Assembly (NCBI RefSeq): GCF_004010195.1
Contig: NC_057718.1
Coordinates: 63,719,905 to 63,783,904, forward strand
Direction of reading: 5' to 3'
DNA: 64,000 nt
DNA from: Chiloscyllium plagiosum
Taxonomy: Eukaryota
The position numbers were made by a program, and so were the translations under genes. The stretch's first letter is position 1. Every line of letters begins with the position of its first letter. The notes beneath the pieces were generated by a model. That model saw only the letters and a program-made list of their open reading frames with translations, made no database searches and was not told the DNA's origin. Shown in pieces: positions 11,347-21,913 of the stretch.

Positions 11347-14334
11347 TACTGCACATACTGCCCTGTCATGCAAATTATACCGTTCTCCATGTTAATTTGA
11401 ATCTGATGTCAAAACAAGTGGATAGCCAAGCATCTGGCAACAATGATGTCAGGAAGTAGAGCTGACATTGAAGCATTCTCAGAAACCAAAAAAAAACCTT
11501 CTTTTAAAGAAGTTTTACAGAAAGTAAAAACAGGTTAGAACATTTTCAAAGCTGAAATATCAAAAAAATCATCAAAATTAAAAATTAGAACTTTTCATCA
11601 AATTGACAGAAAAACTTGACAGGGGTATTTAATAACAATATGAAGGATGGAACTCTAATCAAATTAATGATTTCAAATTGATTGCAATGTGGAGGGATTT
11701 AAACATCACAACCAAGAGAGAAATTTAGATTTACTGACAGAAACTTCTTGTCTTTCACTATTTAACTGTGTACGTGATAGTTCCACAAATTACTATCAAT
11801 TTCAAAGTAGTGATGGCAGCTTTGCTCATCATTACTCCAAAATGCACACATACTAACTGTATCTGGTTGTTAACAGTTTAACAATGCCAAGTTTGGCCAG
11901 TATAACATTTCAATAATTGGTAGCACATTTTTTTCCCAAATGCAGAACTTTTGAAAAAAGGTACTTGAAACCAACAAACACAAAGTCAGGAAGAAAATAA
12001 TTCAAATTATCCAGTCCCTATATAAAATGAAAAAAAGTTAATTTTAAACTAATGACTACACTTTAGCGGCAGAATTAAAGCTATAAATCTGTATTTGAGT
12101 TAAGTAAAGCCCGTTAGTCACAGTTCTGATTTTTGTGTACATTTCAAATTGTTTCGTGTTTAAAAAACACAAAATGGTCATGTGATTCACACATAAATGA
12201 TATACAGCGCGTGAATGTGTTCATTTTTTTATACAGTAATACAGCTGCGCCTCACATAGTATTACTCAGACAAATTACAAGCCTATTGAGTCAATAATAC
12301 AGCATGCAATATACTTTTGTGATCATGCAGATGCACCTTATTTTAATTTCACAAATCAAATTGTAAAACTTCAGGCTTGGGTTGTTTAGCGTTGAATTGC
12401 ATGATCCAGGAACTTGGGCATCTACTCATCATTTTGCACAAAGTCCACACTGCGACAACTTTTTAAATACATTAAAAGTTGCAATTCTTCTTCAAGACAA
12501 ACCCCCAAACCATTTTCTTTTCATAGCAAAATTTGGAACATTGAAATAAACTACATTTTAACATTAAGATTTTGTCACAGTTCAATCCACATGCAAGTGT
12601 CATATTTATTACCAACATCAGGAGCTGAAGAACTTTGTTCTACAAGCCATGAAACATAAAACACTCATGAATCTAGCCAGGGCAGTTCAATGACAATTTA
12701 CACTCCAGATTTTATATTCATTCTAGAATCCCATTAATACCCCACATGTCCATTTTATTAGCAGCACATGCTGTACCATGCTTTATACAGCCAGTTTAGG
12801 GCACACTTTTCTTTAGAACCAAAAGGGTAATCGACTGAAAATCAATAAATAGAACAACATACTAAACAAATTGTGGGTTAAATGATGACCTTGAACACTA
12901 CACAGTATATGGAGTAAAATGCTGTGCTGATTACCTACCCGAAAAATTTAAATAACAGCCAAACACCAACTAACATGTTAACATTAAAAGGCAATCTTGC
13001 AATATGTTTCCTTATAAATATTTTGCTCGTTGGGTGACAAATGTTTTCTATTAAAATTCTGTCAAAGCATTATTCCAATAAATGATCCAAAGTTCCTATA
13101 GTACCTCAATTGATCTATCGAGTGGCTGGATAAGCCAAACTAACCAGAACCTATTCTGTAGAATGAAAAATCTGGAGAGTAAATTGCACTACAATTAAAC
13201 CTCAGCACATTGGCTTCAAGAGCTCAAGAATTCCTTATCCCAAACACCATCACATAATACCTGCTATAATTTCTCGTGTACGTAAGCTGACACGGAAACA
13301 GCAGTACTTGGAACAAACAAAGTGGAAAACAAAGTTGTTGTTCAATGTTCAAAAAAAATGTTCACTCAGCTAAAGGATGGTGGCAGATGGGGACTGCTTA
13401 CACCTCTTTTGAAGGATGAAATAAAGAGGTCTCAGGCTATTAGGTGGAGGTGAAGGTTTAGAGGAATTGGACATTGCATGTGGAAAAGGAGAGTTTTAGA
13501 TCCAGGAAATTGCTCAGTCAGAGAAACCAGTGGGACAGTTCAGCCCGGCCAGTTTGGGGGTCAGGAACACAGTCAGGCCAGGTTGGTTGGGGAGCACAGT
13601 TGAGTCAGTTCAGGAAGGGAAGAGGGGAATCAATCGAGCAGGGGATTTGCCAGTCAGAGATTTGACTATTCCAAAAGTTGGTCACTGCAGTGGTATATGT
13701 GCTGGGAAGAGGTGGTTCTAACTTGCATCTCAGGTCTGAGTTTGTATTAGTGCAAAATGGGTGCAGCTTTGTATTGGCCTTGTTAATGAATTTTGGTAAT
13801 TTGGCGTCTACTACATCCAGATAAGCAAAATGAAATGAGATTCCATCTTCTTAATACATTTACATAATTGCAATATCACCATGTAGCATTAATACAACAG
13901 TTCTAAATGGGAGTACAAACTGGACAATTGCAGCTTGTTGGATTTGAATAATAGTTTAATTGCTATACTCTCATTTCCAGAGCAACTGTCAAAATCTATT
14001 CACAAAATGAACCATAAAACTGTGAAACATGTTCAGTCAGTTATTGCAACAGCAAAAGACTCCAGTGATCCTTTGTACAACCAACTTAATTACAATTCTC
14101 AAAGTTTGCAGGGAACATAAAAAGAAATAACCAGACACATTAGGAAAATACATTCAAAATTTAACTTAAGAGGGACAAGGCTAACCTTTTAAAAAGTGGA
14201 AACCATTGGTCAAAAACAAACTAAACTCCTAATTTACACAACAGAGTAAGAGTTCCACATGCAGAGCCTGCTGAATACAGGTGCACATCAAGATTCTTGG
14301 CTACTTTTTGTTTCTGTACACACATAGAAAGACA

Positions 14335-14909
14335 TATTCTGTTGTGGTTCTGTTCGCCGAGCTGGAAAGTTTTGTTGCAAACGTTTCGTCCCCTGTCTAG
14401 GTGGTTTCTGTACCACATAGAAAGACATATTCTGTTGTGGTTCTGTTCGCCGAGCTGGAAAGTTTTGTTGCAAACGTTTCGTCCCCTGTCTAGGTGACAT
14501 CCTCAGTGCTTGGGAGCCTCCTGTGAAGCGCTTCTGTGGTGTTTCCTCCGGCATTTATAGTGGCCTGCCCCTGCTGCTTCCGGTTGTCAGTTTCAGCTGT
14601 CCACTGTAGTGGCCGGTATATTGGGTCCAGGTCAATGTGTTTGTTGATGGAGTTGTGGATGAGTGACATTCTTCTAGGAATTCCCTGGCTGTTCTTTGTT
14701 TCGCTTGCCCTATAATGGTAGGGTTGTCCCAGTCAAATCCATGTTGCTTGTCGTCTGCGTGTGTGGCTACTAAGGATAGCTGGTCGTGGCGAGTTGGTGT
14801 TCATGGATGCGGATCGTTAGCTGTCTTCCTGTTTGTCCTATATAGTGTTTTGTGCAGTCCACTCAGACCCATAGTATCATTACCAGGGACACCATCACAC
14901 AAACTGGCT
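14335..14909 (-). mobile_element. Penelope-like retroelement (second family): GIY-YIG endonuclease relic, terminal repeat and inverted RT piece running into the gap
   Basis: Minus strand DCTKHYIGQTGRQLTIRIHEHQ...HGFDWDN...AREFLE; hammerhead-like CTGAGGA...GAAAC at 14477-14506; plus strand PLRPIVSLPGTPSHKLA (RT motif) at about 14860-14909. Confidence 0.8.
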
Positions 14910-15492
14910 NNNNNNNNNNNNNNNNNNNNNNNNNNNNNNNNNNNNNNNNNNNNNNNNNNNNNNNNNNNNNNNNNNNNNNNNNNNNNNNNNNNNNNNNNNN
15001 NNNNNNNNNNNNNNNNNNNNNNNNNNNNNNNNNNNNNNNNNNNNNNNNNNNNNNNNNNNNNNNNNNNNNNNNNNNNNNNNNNNNNNNNNNNNNNNNNNNN
15101 NNNNNNNNNNNNNNNNNNNNNNNNNNNNNNNNNNNNNNNNNNNNNNNNNNNNNNNNNNNNNNNNNNNNNNNNNNNNNNNNNNNNNNNNNNNNNNNNNNNN
15201 NNNNNNNNNNNNNNNNNNNNNNNNNNNNNNNNNNNNNNNNNNNNNNNNNNNNNNNNNNNNNNNNNNNNNNNNNNNNNNNNNNNNNNNNNNNNNNNNNNNN
15301 NNNNNNNNNNNNNNNNNNNNNNNNNNNNNNNNNNNNNNNNNNNNNNNNNNNNNNNNNNNNNNNNNNNNNNNNNNNNNNNNNNNNNNNNNNNNNNNNNNNN
15401 NNNNNNNNNNNNNNNNNNNNNNNNNNNNNNNNNNNNNNNNNNNNNNNNNNNNNNNNNNNNNNNNNNNNNNNNNNNNNNNNNNNNNNNNNNNN
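14910..15492. other. Assembly gap (N run)
   Basis: Run of N. Confidence 1.
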
Positions 15493-15958
15493 ACCTGCCA
15501 GCACCCGGCTCATATCCTTCCTACTCATATACCCATCCAGATGCCTTTTAAATGTTGTAATTGTACCAGCCTCCACCACTTCCTCTGGCAGCTCATTCCA
15601 TACACGTACCACCCTCTGCGTGAAAAGGTTGCCCCTTAGGTCTCTTTTATATCTTTCCCCTCTCACCCTGAACCTATGCCCTCTAGTTCTGGACTCCCAC
15701 ACCACAAGGAAAATACTTTGTCTATTTATACTATCTCTGCCCCTCATGATTTTAAAAATCTCTACAAGATCACCCCTCAGCCTCTGATGCTTCAGAGAAA
15801 AACAGCCTCAGCCCATTCAACCTCTCCCTGTAGCTCAAATCCTCCAACCCTGGCAACATCCTTGTAAATCTTTTCTGAACCCTTTCAAGTTTCACAACAA
15901 TCTTCTGATAGGAAGGAGACCAGAATTGCACACAATATTCCAAAAGTGGCCTAACCAA
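15493..15958 (-). mobile_element. CR1/HER1 LINE 3' fragment
   Basis: RPLLEYCVQFWSP...LERVQKRFTRMLPGL and RTRGHRFRVRGERYKRDLRGN...VWNELP. Confidence 0.9.
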
Positions 15959-16479
15959 TCTTTAAGAAGGTATAATTTAAAGTGCAATTTTGAAGGAACA
16001 CCCACATAGGAAGGAGACCAGAATTGCACACAATATTCCAAAAGTGGCCTAACCAATCTTTAAGAAGGTATAATTTAAAGTGCAATTTTGAAGGAACACC
16101 CACTTTATACACCAGATTCCTTCAAGCAAGTCAAAGTAGGACACTGTGGAGAGATCTGGGTGTCAGAGTGCAAAAGGATTAACTGCAGCTGCAGCAAATG
16201 AAAAGGAAAATTAAAAGAATGCTATAGTTTATTTCAACGAGAATTAAATACAAAATTGGGGCAATTTACTTCAATTACATATGGTATTGATGAGACTACG
16301 TCTGGGAGTGCTGTCCACAGTGTTAGTCATCTCATTTAAAAACAATTTAAGCAAAATCCTGGAACTCCATTCTTATCTGCTCTGTGTGCATTCCTACATC
16401 CCAAGAACTTTACCAGTCCACCATAACCTTCTCAAGGCTAATAAATGCTGGCCTAACCAACACCATCCACATCCCTCGA

Positions 16480-19050
16480 ACAAATTTTTAAAATGTTACA
16501 CAGCCTTTGGACAAAGTAAGACAGAGGACCAGAATCTTAAATGCAAGAATAAAGTCACAGTTTACAGGGCAGCAATGATCCCTGTATACCCATATGCTTC
16601 AGAGACTTGAAAACCTTAAAGCACGCAGCTCAAAATACTAGAGAAGTAGCACAGCAGTGCCTTTTCAAGATCCTTCAAAATTGGTGGCAAGAAAGGCAGT
16701 TCACAACAGCACCTACTCCCAAGCTGCCGTGCCATGTCCAGCATTGAGGTGCTAGTCAATGAAAACCTGCTCTGTTGCGTGGAAAATGTGATAGCATCAG
16801 GAAAACTTTAGAGACATTCTCAATGGGTCCTCAAAGATGTCAAAAACCTTGCCAACTCATGGGATTCTCTAGTCTGTGACCAACTAAAAGAGTGAACTAA
16901 CAGAAGACAGAGTTGGGATAAAGAGGAATTTTCAGGTTGGTAATCTGTCACTCGGGTGGTGCCACAAGAATCAGTGCTGGGGCCATAATTTTCACTATAT
17001 ATTAATGACATGGACAAGGAAAGCAAATGGACTACAGTTAAATTTGCAGATAATTTGCTGAAAATAAGTGGGAAGACAAGTAGTGATAATGACACAAGTA
17101 GTCTACAGAGGGATATAGGCAGATTAAGCATATGGGCAAAACCTTGGCAGACAGAATATAATGTGGGAAAATTAGAGATTACGCACTTTAGCAGGAACAA
17201 TGTAAGAGCTGAACATACTTAAATGGAGAAAAAAAATTGCAGAAACTACAGTACTCAGAGATTTGAGAATCACAAGTCATATAGCACAGAAACGGACCCT
17301 TTGGTCTGACCAGTCAATGTCGAACATAGTCCATCTGCCTGTACCTGGCTTATTTCCCTCCAAACCTCTCGTATTCATGTACTTATCCAAATGAATTTAA
17401 ACACTGTCATTGTGCCCATAGCCACCATTTCCTCAGGAAGTTCATTCCACACATGAACCACTCTGTGTTTAAATCACCCTCCTCTCACCTTTAAAATGTG
17501 TCCCCTAATTTTGAAATCCCCCATTCTTGGGAAACTACCATTGACCCGGTCTATACCCCTTATGATTTTATCAGGTTGAGAGGTGACCTGAACCTCTATC
17601 AGGTCACCTCTCAACCTCCTACGCTCAAGTGAAAAAAAAGTCCCAGTTTATCTTTATAACTCAAACCTTCCATATCTGGCAACATCTTGGTAAATCTCTT
17701 CTGAATCCTGTCCAGCTTCATCATATCCTTCCTACAATTGGATGGCCAAAACTGAACACAATATTCCAGAACAGATCTCACCATAACTTCCAAACTCCTA
17801 TACTCGTAAGGACTGAGCAACGAAGGCAAGCATGCTAAATGTCTTTTAACCACCCCGATCCACGAGGTTGTTGACTTGCTCACTGAACTGGTAAGTTTGT
17901 TTGCAAACATTTCGTCACCACACTAGATAACATCATCAGTGCACCTCCAGTAAAGTGTTCACGCTCTGTCCCATAAATAGGGAGCCAGACACTATCCAAG
18001 ACATCGTGGAATCACAAAACAAAAACCAGATTCGGCAGATATTGGAAAGACAACTGGAATGTTACCCTTTGTTTAAAAAGGCTATAAAGTATAAAAATAG
18101 GGAGGTCTTTCTAAAATTATACAAGGCACTGATCAGACCATGTCTGTGAACAGTTCTGTTCTTTTTATCCAACAAAAGATATCGTGACAAAAGAAGCACT
18201 CAAGAGATTAACATAGGATCAATTACTGCAGATGCTGGAATCTGTACTAAAACCTAAAGCTGATGAAGAGTCAGCTAGACTTGAAACATTAGCTTGTTCT
18301 CTCTCCACAGGTACTGCGTGACCCACTGTGATTTCCAGCATTTTTTGTATTCACTAGGTAAATTCCAGGTATGAAGGGACTGTCTTGTGAGAAGAGGTTA
18401 AGTTGGACTTGTACTCTTTGGGGTTTAGGAAACATCACTGAAATGTAAAGATTCTTAGGGGGCTTGACAGAGTGGATGCAGAGATATTGGTTCTGTCTCA
18501 TGGATAGTATAGGAGCAGAGGGCATAATCTCAGAGTGAGGAGTAGCCCTTTTGAGACAGAGATGAGAACGGCTTTTTCCTCATGAGAATGGGCAAACTGT
18601 GGAAATCTTTAGCTCAGAGGGCTGTCAAGGCTGGGTCGTTAAATATATTAAAGCAAAGATATACAGATTTTTAATCAGCATGTGGGGAAAAAGACAGGGA
18701 GGCAGAGTTGAGGATTATCAGATCAGTCAAGATCTCATTGAATGACAGAGCAGCCTTGTTGAGCTGAATGGTTTACTTCTGCTCCTAAGCCTATAATCAC
18801 ATTAAAGGTCTATTTAGGAAGACACTAAAAACATCAAGAGACTTTGCTGGGAACGCAGGTGAAAATCAATTTGATGGTTTAAGCACACAACCTTTCGTCA
18901 ACTTATCTACCTGACCCTCCAAGCATTACCTGCTCTGTACATGGCAGAGTCTGTGTATCAAATTGTAAATGGACTTCTCAGCCATCTCAAAATCTATTCA
19001 AACAAAGTGGAAGCAAGTCGTCCTCAATTCCACGGGGCTGGTTGAGGAAA
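16480..19050 (+). mobile_element. RTE-type LINE relic (about 16480-16850 and 18800-19050) interrupted by CR1 (+, about 16870-18800), which carries a CR1 (-, about 17275-17860) and two Penelope-like pieces (about 17865-17995, 18215-18352)
   Basis: TAFG...KVTVYRAAMIPVYPYASET is typical of the RTE ORF C-terminus; KFAD...LQRDIGRLSIWAKPWQ is CR1 RT; hammerhead-like cores at 17910-17939 (-) and 18260-18286 (+). Confidence 0.65.
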
Positions 19051-19271
19051 AGCAAGGGAATCGTTCATCGGGCCCTGTGCTCTAAAAATTCGATCACCTA
19101 TTTACAGGGACAGTCTTGCACAGCGAGTATGGTCACTCGATTAGCTGCAAATAGTCATTCTAAAATTGTATTCTAGCAAATAACTCATGTTTTCAAATTT
19201 AGAGAAATTCCCAAATATATGACATGTAAAATATTATACCTGATTGATGAAGACTTCTTAGAAGTGAATAA

Positions 19272-19467
19272 TTAGATTAGATTCCCTACAGTATGGAAAC
19301 AGGCCCTTCAGCCCAAACCCATTTCACTCTAACCAATGCACCTAACACTATGGCCAATTCACCTGGCCTGCAGGAGGAAACCAGAGCAATCTCCACACAA
19401 ACAGTCACCCGAACCTAGGGCCCTGCTGCTGTGAAGCTACAGTGCTAACCACTGAGCCACCGCCACC
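19272..19467 (-). mobile_element. Internally deleted HE1-type V-SINE
   Basis: (TTAGA)n tail, GGAAACAGGCCCTTC, AGTGCTAACCACTGAGCCACC head. Confidence 0.85.
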
Positions 19468-20147
19468 CCTGTTCCTGCTACTGCTCCTTTTATCACAAAG
19501 TACTATTAGTGCAAATAAATGCTACCCCCAAAGAAACGTTAATCGTTTTAAAAGTATGTTGAGGCAATTGTTAATCGAGCAATGTCTATTTTTTGCATAA
19601 GTAAATTATTGCAAATACAATACTGCCGAGACATAGCTGAAGTCTAGAGACTATAGTCACTACAACAAGAGACTTTCACAAAGACATGGGAAACAAGTGA
19701 AAATGGTCACCCGTTTTAAAGTCAAGGCTTCCCTTCTCAACTTGCTCTTCGAAAAAAAATACTCGTTCACAAGAATCAGGCTCAATTAAAGATCTGTGAC
19801 AACGCAAACTTACTAAAGGGCCTGTAACTTCAGCTACAAGTGATGCTGTTGGGCAACAAATGTCTCCCCCTTCAAACAAAATATTTCGTTTTGGAAGATA
19901 CTATACTTCATTTCGGATTCTACCACGTCCTCGTTATAAACACTTCGTTGAGAACGGCAATGAGGAGAGAGTTACTCTTCTCTGTCCCTGTGGCCTGACA
20001 GACAATTTAAGGTGGGAGGCTGTTCCTACTCTCCACTCACATGGCAATCGCTGTTTCTCAATATGAAGTTTTTTATTTATATATAACATACTGTATATAC
20101 GAAGTTATGAATGTTCAGTGGGCAGTATGATGAATGAAAGCAGTTAC

Positions 20148-20241
20148 CAGCTGCTGCTCGCCCTTTGCTGCGCCGGGCTGTTCTGAACCCTGCTGAGCTG
20201 GGATCAATGGAGCGGGCAGAACCCATTGGAGGACGAAGCAT
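20148..20241 (-). CDS. Candidate alternative first coding exon (MLRPPMGSARSIDPSSAGFRTARRSKGRAAA + phase-1 G)
   Basis: Open frame from ATG 20241 (second ATG 20226) to CTG|GTAACT donor; GC/CpG-rich; phase 1; about 1.1 kb downstream of the main first exon. No transcript evidence. Confidence 0.25.
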
Positions 20242-20445
20242 GACGAACTGATTCAATCTTCCGAGCAGACCCCCGGGGTTTCAGTAAAAGGACAAATGAA
20301 GATTCCGACACCGCACTGCCCTGAGCGGGACACACAGGCCCAGCCTGATATCACGGCAACCGTGTGATCACAGCGGGCAGCCCCATCACAAACACATCGT
20401 CAGGCCCCCACCCACCTCACCCTGAAACCCCGTCCCCCCAAGATC

Positions 20446-20575
20446 CGGGGTCACTCACCCCCAGCCCAGGTGGGGGTCACTCACCCTCAAACCCCCATCA
20501 TCCCCAGCCCAGGTGGGGGTCACTCACCCTCAAACCTCCATTCCCCAGCCCAGGTGGTGGGGTCACTCACCCTCA
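20446..20575. repeat. GC-rich minisatellite with CCCAGCCCAGGTGGGGGTCACTCACCC core
   Basis: GGGGTCACTCACCC occurs 4 times with 28-46 bp spacing. Confidence 0.8.
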
Positions 20576-21068
20576 CATTCCTACCTGCAGCCCTTCCTTT
20601 CTTAATACAACACTCCGGCTCTAAATCTTCCCTCCATCCTTGCTAAATTCCCAATCTGCTTCCAACTCTTCACCTTCGCCAAACCCTCCTCAGTCCCCTG
20701 CCTCCCGTCAGCCCCTCCCCCGTGCCCCACCTCCCCTCAGCTCTCCAGATCCTGCCTTCAACTCCCACTCATATCCCCAGGCCCCACTTTCCATGTCCAC
20801 CTGCCCTGGCTTACTGTTGAGACCTCCCCACCTCCGACATTCCAGACTGGCCTATTCTCATCCCTCACACCCACCTCCCAATTTCCGGGCCAAACTCAAT
20901 ACCCTGCCCAATCCCAAACCCCATTCTTCGCGACACAGCTCCCACACAACTCAACCCCCACTCTATGGGACACCCATTACCCCTCCATGGCCTCACCCTC
21001 CACTGTATAACGCCCTCACCTCATTCTCCACTGCCCCGCACAACTCAATCTCCACCCATCTCAATCAC

Positions 21069-21174
21069 NNNNNNNNNNNNNNNNNNNNNNNNNNNNNNNN
21101 NNNNNNNNNNNNNNNNNNNNNNNNNNNNNNNNNNNNNNNNNNNNNNNNNNNNNNNNNNNNNNNNNNNNNNNNNN
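21069..21174. other. Assembly gap (N run) inside the C-rich part of the CpG island
   Basis: Run of N. Confidence 1.
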
Positions 21175-21359
21175 TCTTTACCCCCCTCCCCCGATTCACT
21201 TACTCCTCCACCGGACCCATACCCATCTCCCACTTTCTGGGCCCCAACTTCCTAAGGCCAGCCGGGTCCCGGAATCGCTGACTGGACCCCCCCACCCCCA
21301 GACCCTGGGGCGAACAAGGAGCTAACGCGGCGGTAGGTAACGGAGTACTGTGCACATAC

Positions 21360-21426
21360 TGTTGAGGAAGCAGCTGGCGAACCTCCGCAAGCAGCCGCTG
21401 GAGGAAGACTCCCCTCTCTCCTCCAT
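21360..21426 (-). CDS. PDE10A: First coding exon of cAMP/cGMP phosphodiesterase 10A (PDE10A2-type N-terminus); rest of gene lies left of the window
   Basis: Minus strand GACATGG (good Kozak) opens MEERGESSSSGCLRRFASCFLN, then A|GTATGT donor. 67 nt, phase 1. Aligns by eye with human PDE10A2 [23 protein letters not shown] (CxRRxxxCFL shared; same length and phase as I recall the human exon). In-frame upstream TAA at 21553-21555. Lies in a CpG island. Identification rests on one short exon. Confidence 0.8.
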
Positions 21427-21891
21427 GTCTCTCTGGTGCCAGCCGGTCCCGAGAACGGGGGGGGGGGGGGGGGGTGGTGAACCGGCTCTTTCCTTCGCTC
21501 CGTTTCCCGCTTGTTTTAATCCGCAGGAGGGGCTGACGCCGAAGATGGCTCTTTAAGTGGCGGCTCCAAAAGCGAGAGCGCTCAGGGGGAGGAGGAAGAT
21601 GCTGAAAGGGCGGATCTGTTGCTGAGAGGCGGACAACATCCAGAGGCCGGCCGGCCTGGCTGGGCGCCTGGGGGGAGGGGAGGGGACGGGGCGAAGCTCA
21701 ATCACCGAGTTGGCTCAGTCCTGCTGAGATATCCCTCAGGTTTTAACTGTGTTTCCCCACTCTGTTGTGATCATTACTCGGAAGTTGCAGGTCATCGTTT
21801 TTCTTTAAACATACATTTCTTTACAAAGTTCCTTAACGCAGGTTAGATCACCACAGCGAACCACGCCGGCTGGCGAAATCAAAAATCGTAC

Positions 21892-21913
21892 CTTTCTTCT
21901 TGCAACAAATCAT
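21892..21913 (-). CDS. Candidate alternative first coding exon (MICCKKK + phase-1 G)
   Basis: GGAATG ATT TGT TGC AAG AAG AAA G|GTACGA; in-frame TGA three codons upstream; phase compatible with PDE10A exon 2. No transcript evidence. Confidence 0.35.

Larger units (their letters stand above)
20140..21880 (-). promoter_or_regulatory. CpG-island promoter / 5' region of the PDE10A-like gene
   Basis: Sharp rise in GC and CpG against an AT-rich, CpG-poor background; GC box GGGCGG near 21608; YY1-like AAGATGGC at 21542; G-tracts at 21457-21474 and about 21670-21691; surrounds the first exon. Confidence 0.75.

Noticed and set aside
11380..11470. Minus-strand segment bounded by a weak acceptor and GTATAA donor
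   Set aside because: The frame compatible with exon 1 hits a stop, and the open frame has no PDE10A similarity.
14310..14496. Near-perfect tandem duplication of about 93 bp including a Penelope end
   Set aside because: Near-identical, includes flank plus element end and lies close to an N gap; likely a gap-closing or assembly artefact.
14715..15787. Long ORFs (278-311 aa)
   Set aside because: Mostly X from the N gap, joining unrelated repeat fragments.
15908..16103. Perfect 98-bp tandem duplication
   Set aside because: Identical copies on the other side of the same gap; probable assembly artefact.
19240..19270. Minus-strand phase-1 donor after YSLLRSLHQS-G, faintly like the human PDE10A1 start (RKSQHLTG)
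   Set aside because: No ATG or convincing acceptor, and an in-frame stop from the adjacent SINE tail; similarity too short to support.
20364..21281. Pro/Ser-rich plus-strand ORFs
   Set aside because: Low-complexity C-rich sequence and minisatellite spanning a gap; no recognisable domain; antisense to the host intron.
21427..21555. Possible long N-terminal extension upstream of the PDE10A ATG
   Set aside because: No in-frame ATG before the TAA at 21553-21555 (subject to the G-run length being correct).
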